Position numbers and translations under genes: made by a program | Part shown: positions 25,040 to 37,642 of the stretch, piece by piece | How the letters are laid out: each line of letters opens with the position of its first letter | Position numbering within the stretch: position 1 is the first letter of the stretch | Assembly: GCA_038087875.1 (NCBI GenBank) | Contig: CM075993.1 | Location: 6,326,001-6,390,000, forward strand | Direction: 5' to 3' | DNA: 64,000 nt | Origin: Malacoraja senta | Taxonomy: Eukaryota | The notes under the pieces: generated by a model | What the model saw: the letters and a program-made list of their open reading frames with translations, nothing else | Told to the model about the DNA's origin: nothing | Database searches by the model: none

Positions 25040-25340
25040 GATGACTTGCACCTCATATTTTGCTTGGGTAGTTTACACCCCAGGGGTATGAACATTGACT
25101 TCTCCAATTTCAGGTAGTCCTTGCTTTCTCCCTCTTTCCCCTCCCCAGCTCTCCCACAGCCCACTGTCTCCACCTCTTCCTTTCTTCTTCCCGCCCCCCC
25201 ATATCAGTCTGAAGAAGGGTCCCAACCCGAAACGTCACCGATTCCTTCGCTCCATAGATGCTGAATCACACGCTGATTAATTCTCCAGCATTTTCGACTA
25301 CCTTCGATTTTTTTCCCAGCATCGGCAGTCCTTTCTGAAA
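25040..25340 (+). mobile_element. Short Penelope 3' end
   Basis: HLIFCLG...GMNIDFSNF codons followed by the hammerhead-like terminal repeat. Confidence 0.8.
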
Positions 25341-26316
25341 CATTTTGTCCCACCATCCAACCAAGTTCACGAAACCCACACTGGTTACTCTAGGCCCAAG
25401 TCACACTATCAACAAAGCAAGTTAAGAAATATTGTGACAAACTTATTTTGACTGGTTTCAAGTGGTCAAGTTTCAATCTTCCTCCAGGACTGGTTGTAAA
25501 GGCTGAGGGGATGAGAAGTTTCCTTGCTGCCATTTCAAAAAGACTAAACAGATCAGGTGAGCCAGATAGCAACTCCATGCATTGAAGGAACTAATGGCAT
25601 AACATGTAATCAGTGAAAATTGTCCAATTCGAGTTAATTACAATTGTAATCTCAAAGTTGTAGATTTCCTTCATTATCCCTCGACCTTGAAGCCGCCACA
25701 AACACCGTCCTTCAGGCTAATTATGGTCCAATGTATTCTGCTTTCAGCCCAACAGCTATCAAATGAGGCAACCCAGCTGCTCCATTCCAGCAACATTCAA
25801 GTCCATTCCAATTAGTAACCGTCCATACTGCTCAGAGCTCAATTCCTATTTGATTTCTATTCCCATTCAATTCCGGAGGTAGACACAAAATGCTGGAGTA
25901 ACTCAGCGGGACGGGCAGCATCTCTGGAGAGAAGGAGTGGGTGAAGTTTCCGATCGAGGCCCCTCTTGCAAGAGTTACTCCAGCATTTTGTGTCTGCCAA
26001 TAGGTGCAGGAGTAGGCCATTTGGCCCTTCGAGCCAGCACCGCCATTCAATGTGATCATGGCTGATCATCCCCAATCAGTACCCCGTTCCTGACTTCTCC
26101 CCATATCCCCCGACTCCACTATTTTTAAGAGCCCTATCTAGCTCTCTCTTGAAAGCATCCAGAGAACCTGCCTCCACCGCCCTCTGAGGCAGAATTGCCG
26201 TCAGTGTAAACCAGCATCTGCAGTTCCTTCCTACACCTATTCAATTGCTATAGGAGCGTGAAAACGCACACCTCCAGATTCTGGGGTAGTTGCCGACCAG
26301 CTGTTGTCAGGCAACT

Positions 26317-26383
26317 GGCCCCATAGCAGAAGCGTCCACGTCGCGGGGCTGGAGACTGGAAGTACCCCGAGCTAATTCTGCTA
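26317..26383 (+). ncRNA. HDV-like self-cleaving ribozyme (predicted)
   Basis: P1 GGCCCC/GGGGCT (G1.U wobble), P2 TAGCAGAA/TTCTGCTA, P3 GCG/CGC, L3 TCCACGT, P1.1 CC/GG, J4/2 GCTAA with C26372. Confidence 0.8.
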
Positions 26384-26510
26384 CCACCATCATCTATCGC
26401 GACAAGTGATGGCTTCCACTGATTGTCGCCGGAAGCTCGCGTTCCTTTTCAGGACGGACGATGGCAGCGAGGGCAACATTTGTGACAAGATGAACACGGA
26501 AAGAAGAAGC
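26317..26510 (+). mobile_element. 194-bp non-autonomous retroposon headed by an HDV-like ribozyme; AAGAAG tail (Ingi/Vingi-like)
   Basis: TSD TC(A/G)GGCAACT at 26307-26316 and 26511-26520 interrupts a host repeat. Tail CACGGAAAGAAGAAGC. Second copy at 20771-20960. Confidence 0.85.
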
Positions 26511-27379
26511 TCGGGCAACTGAATCATCCTACCACAACCAGAGAGCAGTCCTGAACCATCGACCTCATTGGTGACCCTCGGACTATCTTTGATCAGACTT
26601 TGCTGGCTTTACCTTGCACTAAACATTATCCCCTTACCATGTATTTGTGTACTGCAAATGGCTCGATTGTAATCATGTATGGTCTTTCTCATGACTGGTC
26701 GGCAGGCAACTAAAGCTTTTCACTGTACCTCGGTACACGTGACAATATACTAAACTGAAACGGAAGGTAGACAAAAATGCTGGAGAAACTCAGCGGGTGA
26801 GGCAGCATCTATGGAGCGAAGGAAATAGGCGCCGTTTCGGGTCGAGACCCTCCTTCAGACTCCTTCGATTTGATCTGAAGAAGGGTCTCGACCCGAAACG
26901 GTGCCCATTTCCCTCCCTCCATAGATGCTGCCTCACCCGCTGAGTTTCTCCAGCATTTTTGTCTACCTTCGATTTTCCAGCATCTGCAGTTCCTTCTGAA
27001 ACAAAACTGAAATGGAAGCTTTTTTTGTGGAGTCAAGTCTTGGTTGGGAGAAAGGCATGAAGGATACACCTGGTTGCTCTATGGGAAAAAAAACTGCGTG
27101 AAGGTTATTGGCTGTAAAACTAATAAAGGCTCAATGGTGCTTCATCGTTTACTGTCACATGTGGGCAACCGCACAACAAAAGTATTTTTGTACACACAGA
27201 AAGTATTGCTATACCCAAGCACAATCCCCAATTAACAAAGTATGCAGAGATAGTGTACAGTGAGGCTACATGCAAGAGGCACCAGGTCCTGACCTTGCCA
27301 TTGATCAATGGCCAGCACTTACAGCAGCATAATGGTTTCTTGGGCACAAACTGCTGCCAGCTAGCTATATACCCAGGTA

Positions 27380-27727
27380 CAGGGACGGAAATCCTGGGGG
27401 GGACAGGGGGGACACATTCCCCCTCCCCTGCTTTGAGAGGTGGGGGACGATACCCCCCCCATGTTTTGGAATCCGGGCTTTATCAGACGCTTTCTAAGGG
27501 CTGAATCGGCCCGATCGCCGGGGCCTTTCAGCGCCCGGCGCGGCTTAAAATCAAACCGCTGCATCGAGGCCATCGAGGCTCCCGATGTCGAAGCCCCCGC
27601 CGGCCGATGAAAGACCCCGCGAACGGGCCGATTCAAGCCCACGGCCGAAGCCTCACGTGTATGCGCATGCGCGCGGCCGCCAAGGAATTGTGTCCCCCGC
27701 ATGTTTTGACAGCGATTTCTGTGCCTG
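27380..27727. mobile_element. hAT-type MITE
   Basis: TIR CAGGGACGGAAATC / GATTTCTGTGCCTG; 8-bp TSD CCCAGG(T/C)A at 27372-27379 and 27728-27735. Confidence 0.85.
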
Positions 27728-28559
27728 CCCAGGCAAGATCAATGCTCTAAGGCAAGGGTAGACCGTGTGATGCTCATTGCTAATGTTGCATGCCACTTTT
27801 GAAGTGACAAAGTACTCCAAGTCATGGACTTTAGTTTGCTTATTACCGCAAGGCACCGCTTGCTATAAGAGCGCAACACCAAAGCCCATAATTGTTTGGT
27901 AAGGTCACGCAAACGCTTCACTAACTCAAAGATAGACACAAAAAGCAGGAGTAACTCAGCAGGACAAGCAGCATCTCTGGAGAGAAGGAATGGGTGACGT
28001 TTCGGGTCGAGACCCTTCTTCAGACTTTCTCTCCAGAGATGCCGCCTGTCCCGCCGAGTTACTCCAGCATTTTGTGTCAATCTTAGATTTAAACCAGCAT
28101 CTGCAGTTCCTTCCTGTACACGTCACTAACTCAGCCGGAGAGCGCAGTGGCACAGCGGTAGAGCCACTGCCCCACAGCGCCAGAGACCCAGGTTTGATCC
28201 TAACAATGGGTGCTGTCGGTTTAGAGTTTGCATGTTCTACCTAGGACCACGTGGGCTTCCTCTGGGTGCTCCGGTTTCCTCCCACACCCCAAAGACGCAC
28301 AGGTTTGTTGGTTAATTGGCTTCTGTAAAATTGTAAGTTGCCCCCAGTGCGTAGGATAGTGCTAACTTACGCTGGTTGGCGTGGACTCCGTGGGCCAAAG
28401 GGCCCATTGTATCTCCAAAGTCCAAAGTCTAACAGCACACTGGTTGTGTAAAGTCCACCATCTTGAAACTGGCGTTTTAGTTTGTTGACATGGTTTGAGG
28501 TGCAATGGAGAAGCTTTGTAGGGTTGTTGGGCTGGGGTGGCAGTGAAAGTTCATACCTG

Positions 28560-29365
28560 ATAGGAGCAGAATTAGGCCATTCGGCCCATTAATTCCACTC
28601 CTCCATTCATGGCTGATCTCTCCCTCCCTCCTAACCCCATTCTCCTACCTTCTCCCCATAACCCCCGACAGTAGACAATAGGTGCAGGAGTAGGCCATTC
28701 GGCCCTTCGAGCCAACACCGCCATTCAATGTGAACATGGCTGATCCCCATACCAATCAAAAATCTATCTATCTCTGCCTTAAAAATATCCATTGACTTGG
28801 CCTCCACAGCCTTCTGTGGCAAAGAATTCCACAGATTCACCACCCTCTGACTAAAGACATTCATAGAAACAGAAAATGGGTGCAGGAGTAGGCCATTCGG
28901 CCCTTCGAGCCAGCACCGCCATTCAATATGATCATGGCTGATCATCCAACTCAGTATCCCGTACCTGCCTTCTCTCCATACCCCCTGATCCCCTTAGCCA
29001 CAAGGGCCACATCTAACTCCCTCATAAATATAGCCAATGAACTGGCCTCAACCTCCCTCTGTGGCAGAGAATTCCACAGATTCACCACTCTCTGTGTGAA
29101 AACAATTGTTCTCATCTCGGTCCTAAAAGACTTCCCCCTTATCCTCAAACTGTGACCCCTTGTTCTGGACTTCCCCAACGTCGGGAACAATCTTCCTGCA
29201 TCTAGCCTGTCCAACCCCTTAAGAATTTTCCTCCTCATCTCCTTCCTAAGGGAACGTTCTTTAATTCTGAGGCTATGACCTCTGGTCCTGGACTCTCCCA
29301 CTAGTGGAAACATCCTCTCCACATCCAGGCCTCTGACTATTCGGCAAGTATCAATGAGGGTCCCC
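28560..29365 (-). mobile_element. Nested CR1 3' fragments
   Basis: ORFs 28631-28945 and 28951-29475 contain duplicated RTRGH/VNLWNSLP segments from different subfamilies. Confidence 0.85.
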
Positions 29366-29759
29366 CCACCCCCCCCCCTCAGCTGAAGGTGGAACACCAG
29401 TCCACCACAACAGAAGCGCACCTCTGGGCCACATGAAGGGTGGTACTGACTGGCCGTGAAATTCTTGATCAGCATCCCATCCCAATGGCGGAAGAAAGCA
29501 TGGCGGTGGGAAGCAGCATTGGGGACCTAGGGATGGAAAAAAAGACGAGGTCTCCTTAATGTCCTCTTCTCAACGACCACCGCCATGCACTACCCAGCCT
29601 TCACGTCACCCAAACGTGTCTCCCCAGCTCCGTTAACAGGGACAGACAGGGCTGCAGGCGTGGTACATGGCCAACAGAGGATTGCTGGATACACAATTGT
29701 GTGTGTCAAAAAACAAAACACATATCAACGCACGGCGGGAGGGCGAAGGGGCGACTTAC

Positions 29760-29910
29760 AGGGGTCCCGTGCGATGAAGTGGGCCCCCAGGGCAGGGTGC
29801 ATGTTGGAGGGGTTGGGCGTAGCCATCAGCTTGCTCTTGGCCATCTTCGTGTTGGCCTTGGCGAATTCCAACCTGAGCGTTTGCGGGTTTTCGGGATCGA
29901 ACCGGATGCC
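29760..29910 (-). CDS. RBPMS2: RBPMS2 coding exon: [50 protein letters not shown]
   Basis: Residues [17 protein letters not shown] and [13 protein letters not shown] are RBPMS2-type rather than RBPMS-type. Acceptor ctttcaaatag, donor GTAAGT; 151 nt, ends in phase 1. Confidence 0.96.
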
Positions 29911-30067
29911 CTATTTGAAAGAAAGACAACACGTCAAGTCCAGAACGGTTTCAAAAATCAAGACACTGAGATACTCAAAAGGAGTTGGCCTCCATTTGTC
30001 GTCTTTTTGGAAGCATATGGTGCAACACAATTGTAGAAGCAAACTGTTAGGGAGGTTCTACTGCAGT

Positions 30068-30660
30068 TGTACAGGGTCTTGGTGAGACCACACCTGGAGT
30101 ATTGCGTACAGTTTTGGTCTCCAAATCTGAGGAAGGACATTATAGCCATAGAGGGAGTGCAGAGAAGGTTCACCAGACTGATTCCTGGCATGTCAGGACT
30201 TTCATATGAGGAAAGACTGGATAGACTTGGCTTATACTCGCTAGAATTTAGGAGATTGAGAGGGGATCTTATAGAAACGTACAAAATTCTTATGGGGTTG
30301 GACAGGCTAGATGCAGGAAGATTGTTCCCGATGTTGGGGAAGTCCAGGACAAGGGGTCACAGCTTAAGGATAAGGGGGAAATCCTTTAAGACCGAGATGA
30401 GAAAAAACGTTTTCACACAGAGAGTGGTGAATCTCTGGAACTCTCTGCCACAGAGGGTAGTTGAGGCCAGTTCATTGGCTATATTTAAGAGGGAGTTAGA
30501 TGTGGCCCTTGTGGCTAAAGGGATCAGGGGGTATGGAGAGAAGGCAGGTACGGGATACTGAGTTGGATGATCAGCCATGATCATATTGAATGGCGGTGCA
30601 GGCTCGAAGGGCCGAATGGCCTACTCCTGCACCTATTTTCTATGTATCTATGTATCTATG
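30068..30660 (+). mobile_element. CR1 LINE 3' fragment (young subfamily)
   Basis: LVRPHLEYCVQFWSP, RRLRGDLIETYKI, RTRGH, FTQRVVNLWNSLP; (TATGTATC)n tail. Confidence 0.95.
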
Positions 30661-32139
30661 TTCCAGGACTGGGTGAGGGATGGTCAAGATTATGAATAAC
30701 GATCTCCTTCATCTTTTTTTTTAACATTCTACTCTTTTTCTTTCTATCTTCTTTTCTTCACTATTCTCTATTCTCTTTTTTTCTTCTTCATTATAATAAA
30801 AATAAATAAGAAGCTATACATAAAATGTGTTACGTCAATATATATTAGGCACTTTGGTGCCAAATGATTGTACTTACTTCTAATAAAATAAAAATATATT
30901 TTTTTAAAAATAGAAAAAAAAGAGATACTGAAAAGGGCCATGTGATACGAGTAGAATTAGGCCATTCGGCCCATCTACTCCACCATTCAATCATGGCTGG
31001 TCTATCTCTCCCTCCTAACCCAATTCTCCTGCCTTCTCCCCATAACCTCCGACACCCGCACTAATCAAAAATCTATCCCATCTCTGCCGTAAAAATATTC
31101 ACCGACTTGGCCTCCACAGCCTTCTGCGGCAATGAATTCCACATATTCAGAACTTCTCCTCATCTTCTTAAAAGAACGTCCTTTATTTATGGGGCGATGA
31201 CCTCTAGTCCTAGACTCTCCCACTAGTGGAAACATCCTCTCCACATCTACTCTATCCAAGCCTTTCACTATTCTGTATGTTTCACTGAGGTCCCCCCTCA
31301 TTCTCTCAACTCCAGCACTCTGCGTCCAAGTTTGTCCAACCCCTCCTTGGAGCTAATACCTTCTAAATCCAAGCAGCCTCACCTTGGTTCCTCCATCCTT
31401 TAACACTTTTCAAAGACTTTCATTCAGTGTGTAAAATAACATTAATTTATGCGGTAACTTCGCCTCCAAGATTTGTGCTTGAAGCAACTGCAGATGCTGG
31501 TTCAAACCAAAGATAGACACAAAAAGCTGGAGTAACTCAGCAGACAGGCAGCATCTCTGGAGAGAAGGATGGGTGACGTTTCAGGCCGAGACCCTTCTTC
31601 AGATGGAACGGTATGCCCTCACAGGCCTCACCTTCCCCTTGCAGAGAGGAGCCACTGTGTGTATTTATTACTATAGGCTTGTTCTCAAATGATTTGACCT
31701 TCTCCCTACTTTCACCACTGCCCTCCAGCTCCTGAGATCTCTCTGAACCAAATTCCCTCAGATCCGAGAATACACTGCGTTTTGAGATCGTGTGGCTGGG
31801 AAATCAAAGCTGAACGTCAATGCAATACGTGTTGCGACCGTGTGGGTCTTGTCCGGTTGCTCCGGTTTCCGCCCACACACCAAAGATCCGCTCCGCACCC
31901 GACAGGACCCGACTGCTTATTCCAATGAAATCAAGAGGATAAATTCGAATGCTAACATTAGTATCGGTTCCAATTGTCAATGTTGGTCCCGTTGGACGAA
32001 CCTCCCACACGTATTTCCCGGCAGAGGTCTGAAGGATTGGTTTCGGAAGGACCTGCAGATGCTGGATTAAACCGAAGACGGACACAAAAATGGCGGAGTA
32101 ACTCAGCGGGACAGGCAGCCTGCCGGGGGAGAAGGAATG

Positions 32140-32708
32140 TTTAAGAAGGAACTGCAGATGCTGGAAAATCGAAGGTAGACAAAAATGCTGGAGAAACTCA
32201 GCGGGTGAGGCGGCATCTATGGAGCAAAGGAAATAGGCGACGTTTCGGGCCTAAAGCCTTCTTCAGATTGATGTGGGGGCGGGGAGGGGGCGGGAAGAAG
32301 AAAGGAAGAGGTGGAGCCAGTGGGCTGAGGGAGAGCTGAGAAGGGAGGAGAAAGTAAGGACTACCTGAAATTAGAGACGTTAATGTTCAGGCCACTGGGG
32401 TGCAAACTGTCCAAGCGAAATATGAGGTGCTGCTCCTCCAATTTACGATGGTCCTCACTCTGGCCATGGAGGAGGTCCCAGGACAGAGAGGTCGGATTCG
32501 GAATGGGGAGTTGAAGTGCTGAGCCACCGGGAGGTCAGGTTGGTTATTGCGGACCGAGCGGAGGTGTTGGGCGAAGCGATCGCCAAGCCTGCGCTTGGTC
32601 TCACCGATGTAGATCAGCTGACATCTAGAGCAGCGGATGCAATAGATGAGGTTGGAGGAGGTGCAGGTGAACCTCTGTCGCACCTGGAACGACTGCTTGG
32701 GTCCTTGG
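32140..32708 (-). mobile_element. Penelope-like element 3' fragment (GIY-YIG)
   Basis: ORF 32387-32683 reads NLIYCIRCSRCQLIYIGETKRRLGDRF; followed by the same 3' terminal repeat. Confidence 0.9.
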
Positions 32709-35700
32709 GGGAGAAGGAATGGTGGACGTTTCGGGCCGAGAGCCTTCTTCAGTCTGACTGCAAGGTCTGGTTTCCATTTTTCCTCACTCTGTCTGAAGGA
32801 TTGCTAGCTACTATGTGGAAGGAAGGCCACATGGTAGGAGCAATTGATTACAATCTACGCGCCGAACTTCAAAGCCTTGATACTCCCCTTTGATTATCCA
32901 GCCACACGATCTCAAAAGGCAGCGATTCTCGGATCTGAGGGAATTTGGTTCAGAGAGATCTCGGGAGCTGGAGGGCTTTGGAGAAGATCAAATCATTTGA
33001 GTTGAGAACAAGGCTATATTAAATATACACAGCACCTCCACTGTGCCAAGGAACGAACACTTCCCATGTGAACCCTACCCTTGGTCAAAACGGAAGGCAA
33101 GGCCTCACAAGCCGCTGAGCGTGTTCTTCCGTTCCGACGTTGGAGTTCCATCATCCCAGCGAGTGGGCCTGTACATCAGGCCGTCCGTAGCGGCAACTGC
33201 AGAGGGCTCGAAGGCCCCGACCACAGGTGAACAAAGAGGAAGACTGAACTTGAGGGGATCTTATTGAAACGTATAAGATTATTAAGTGTTTAGACAGGCT
33301 AGAGGCAGGAAACATGTTCCCGATGTTGGGGGAGTCCAGAACCAGGGGCCACGGTTTTAGAATAAGGGGTAAGCCATTTGGAACGGAGATGAGGAAACAC
33401 TTTTTCTCACAGAGAGTGGTGAGTCAGTGGAATTCTCTGCCTCAGAGGGCGGTGGAGGCCGGTTCTCTGGATGCTTTCAAGAGAGCTAGATAGGGCTCTT
33501 AAAGATAGTCTATTGTCTATTATCATATTGAAATTGCCGCAACCTTGTGTGGGTGCCCATAATGTGCTGCCGAGGGTGGTTGAGGTAGAAAAGATAGTGT
33601 CGTTCAAGAGGCTTTTAGATTGGCACATGGATATGGCTCGCATGCGGGCAGAGGAGATTAGTTTAACATGGCATCGTTGTGGGCGGGGGGGGGGGGGGGG
33701 GGGGGGGCTGCACGGTGACGCAGCGGTAGAGTTGCTGCCTTGCAGCGCCAGAGACCCGGGTTCGAGCCCACGGGTGCTGTCGGTACGGAGTTTGTACATT
33801 ACCCCCATGACCTGGTAGACAAAAATGCTGGAGAAACTCAGTGGGTGAGGCAGCATCTATGGAGCGAAGGAAATAGGCAACGTTTCGGGCCTCTCCTGTG
33901 ACTTTCAGCCTGAAGACGGGTCTCGACCCATTCCTTCTCTCCAGAAATGCTGCCTGTCCCGCTGAGTTACTCCAGTTTTTTGTGCCTACCTCTTCATTCT
34001 CATCTACTTTAGTCTTGTGCCAACATCTCTTTCACCTTGTGGAGCGAAGGAAATAGGCAACGTTTTGGGTCCAAACCCTTCTTCAAACCCTTCTTCAGAC
34101 CCAAAACTTTGCCTATTTCCTTCGCTCCATGGATGCTGCCTCACCCGCTGAGTTTCTCCAGCATACTTGTCTACCTTTGATTTTCCAGCATCTGCAGTTC
34201 CTCCTTTAACCCCCGTGACCTACGTGGGTTTTCTCCAGGGTCTCCGGTTTCCTCCCACACTTCAAAGACATACAGTTTTGTTGGTTAATTGTTGGTATAA
34301 TTGTAAATGGTCCATAGTGTGTGTAGGATAGCGTTAGTGTGCGGGGATCACTGGTCAGCATGGACTGGGTGGGCCGAAGGGCCTGCTTCCGCACTGTATC
34401 TCCAAATTAAACTGTTGTGCTGTACTATTCTACGTTCTGTAAATCCATCAGCATTCAGAGGCTTGTCAGCTCACGGCCCCAAGCTGTTTATGCCACATGA
34501 TATAAGCTTTATGAATTATTTGCCCTACAATTATTTGTCCTGATTAACTAGTTCTGAGATTATTTTCTCAAGGAAAGACTGAGGAAAAAATATTTGTTTA
34601 AAGCATCTTTCCCATTTATTAGTTCCTTTAAAGCTATCTGGATACATCACTGCTTTCTGTAGCGTCTAAGTCATAGCACAGAAAATGGCCTTTCAGCCCA
34701 ACCTGCCCATGCTGACCAAGATGCCTCATCTTAGCTCGTCTCGTTGGCCGGCATTTGGCCCATACTTCTCTTAACATTTCCAATCGATGTACTTGTCCAA
34801 GTGTCCAGAAATAAGAATAAGGGGTAGGCCATTTAGAACTGAGACGAGGACAAACTGTTTCCCCAGAGAGCTGTGAATTTGTGGAATTCTCTGCCTCAGA
34901 AGGCAGTGGAGGACGATTCACTGGATGCATTCAAAAGAGAGTTAGGTGGAGCTCTTAGAGCTAGTGGAATCAAGGGGTATGGGGAGAAGGCAGGAACGGG
35001 GTACTGATTGTGGATGATCAGCCATGATCACATCGAAGGGCCGAATGGCCTACTCCTGCATCTATTGTCTATGTATCTATGTCTCTTAAATGTTATTGTA
35101 CGAGCCTCATGTTCTATACAGATCACTCCTAGGCCTCCTGTGTTTTTAGTCATTGTTCATGTGTGCTTCTGTCAATAGTCCCAATACAGTCACGGTGAGG
35201 TTACCTAGTCATTTCTTTGTACAATAAATGTGTATTATGTCAATATGTGTGTGTCTGAAGACGGGTCCTGGCCTGTAATGTCCCCAATCCATGTTCTCAT
35301 GAGATGTGTAGGAGGGAACTGCAGATGCTGGTTTAAACCGAAGGTAGACTCGAGAAAGATCTTGAGCTGAAACATCACTTATTCCTATTCTCCAGACATG
35401 CTGTCGAACCCACTGAGTTTCTCCAGAGAAGCTGCCTGACCTGATCTACACCAGCACTTGGTGTCCTTTCATGTATTATCGGACTTGTGGCCAAAATTGT
35501 CTGTAGGAATGGAACCTGTTCATTAACCAGGAACTACCGATAGACCTGGTACAGAATGTGGGATCAAGCATAATAGCTATCATAATTAGCATGAACTAAA
35601 GAATTATTCTGCAACAAGGAACTGCACAGTAAAAAAAAGCAAAAACTACTCACTGCTAGTATCTGTGTGATCTAATTAGAGGTCAGTAGCCCACTTCCCC

Positions 35701-35907
35701 AAGTTACTAGCCCAGCAACATTTCTATATCACAATCCCTTTTTAGAATATTTCAATGGTGATTTTATTGTCACAAGTGCAAAGGCACAGGGAAATTATTG
35801 CCATAAGCATAATCCCCAGTTAGCAAACTGCACAGAAATAGTCCACTCACATCAGACTGGAGTTTTAACGTGATTGCAAGGACACCCTAGGTGTCAAGAC
35901 ATCAAGA

Positions 35908-36220
35908 GGGCGGCATGGTGGCGCAGCAGTAGAGTTGCTGCCTTACAGCGCCAGAGACCCGGGTTCGATCCTGACCACGGGTGCCTGTCTGTACGGAGTT
36001 TGTACGTTCTCCCCGTGACCTGCGTGGGTTTTCTCCGAGATCCTCGGTTTCCTCCCACACTCCAAAGACGTACAGGTATGTCGGTTAACTGGCTTGGTAT
36101 AAATGTAAATTGCCCCTAGTGTGAGTAGGATAGTGTTAATGTGCGGGGATCGCTGGTCAGTGTGAACTTGGTGGGCCGAAGGGCCTGTTTCTGCGCTGTA
36201 TCTCCAAAACTAAAAGCTAA
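35908..36220 (+). mobile_element. HE1-like V-SINE, full length
   Basis: GGCGGCATGGTGGCGCAGC...GGGTTCGATCC...GGGCCTGTTTCTGCGCTGTATCTCCAAAACTAAA. Confidence 0.92.
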
Positions 36221-36598
36221 AGGTGGTAGTTGAGGGTGGGACTATCCCAATGTTAAGGAACAGTTGGACAGGTACATGGATATGGACCAAACACAGGCAG
36301 GTGGGACTAGTGTAGCTGGGACATTATGGGCAAGTTGGGCTGAAGGGCCTGTTTCCATGCTGTATCACTATGGCTCCATGAATGAGTCGAGGCAGGGTTG
36401 GTGTGCAGTCAAATGTGGTTAGATAGAGACTCTCATTTAGCCAGTGGGACAGATCCACTTTGATAGCATCAGAACAATTAATTGTGTGAAGGTGATCAGA
36501 GTTAAATTGGGATCCAGCCAGGATACAAGAGCCATTATTTGTAGGAAGGAACTGTAGATGCTGTTTTAAACCGAAGACAAGACAAAATGTTGGAGTAA

Positions 36599-37642
36599 AA
36601 GCCCTGTCCCACTGTACGAGTTCATTCAAGAGCTCTCCCGAGTTCAAAAATAAATAAATCAAACTCGTGGTAAGTACGTAGAATGTACGTAGCGGGAACG
36701 TCGGAGCTCGGGGACGTCTCTTAGCGGCTCGTAACGCAAACGGCAGGTACTCGGGAAACGCGGTAAGCTCGTGAAGTTTTTTCAACATGTTGAAAAATGT
36801 CCACGGGAGCCCCGAGTGTCCACAAGCGGCCATTACCGTAAATCTCCGAGTTCGAATCAGGGCAAACTCGGGAGAACTCTTGAACTTTCTTATATCTTCT
36901 GTTTTCGATTTTTCTCTTTCTTTTCCTTTGGGTTTTTCTCTTTTTACTCTTCCTCGTGTTTCACGTTTGTACGGGTTTCTCCTGATCTCTTTCACGCACT
37001 TACTATCTTATCTAACTCTCTCTATTCTTCTCCTTCTTAAAGTTTAAAACAAGAAGTGGTACAGGAAATGTATTTGGATAGACTGGATAGACTTGGCTTA
37101 TACTCGCTAGAATTTAGGAGATTGAGAGGGGATCTTATAGAAACGTACAAAATTCTTATGGGGTTGGACAGGCTAGATGCAGGAAGATTGTTCCCGATGT
37201 TGGGGAAGTCCAGGACAAGGGGTCACAGCTTAAGGATAAGGGGGAAATCCTTTAAGACCGAGATGAGGAAAAACGTTTTCACACAGAGAGTGGTGAATCT
37301 CTGGAACTCTCTGCCACAGAGGGTAGTTGAGGCCAGTTCATTGGCTATATTTAAGAGGGAGTTAGATGTGGCCCTTGTGGCTAAAGGGATCAGGGGGTAT
37401 GGAGAGAAGGCAGGTACGGGATACTGAGTTGGATGATCAGCCATGATCATATTGAATGGCGGTGCAGGCTCGAAGGGCCGAATGGCCTACTCCTGCACCT
37501 ATTTTCTATGTATCTATGTATCTATGTATTATGTTATTTTGGGCTTATATCACTGTAATGTACATTACTTCTAATAAATAACATATTAAAAATTGTTTTT
37601 AAAAAGAGCTCTTGAATGAACTCGTACAGTGGGACAGGGCTT
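36599..37642. mobile_element. PIF/Harbinger MITE, family A, with nested insertions
   Basis: TIRs at both ends, TAA/TTA flanks; interrupted from ~36885 to ~37604. Confidence 0.85.
37075..37527 (+). mobile_element. CR1 LINE 3' fragment, nearly identical to 30210-30660
   Basis: Same translation over the shared region and same tail. Confidence 0.95.

Noticed and set aside
29498..29588. 12-bp inverted repeat GCATGGCGGTGG/CCACCGCCATGC near an RBPMS2 donor
   Set aside because: A single short stem with no further support.
35908..35980. tRNA gene candidates with A/B boxes
   Set aside because: They are SINE heads that continue into the V-core and tail.
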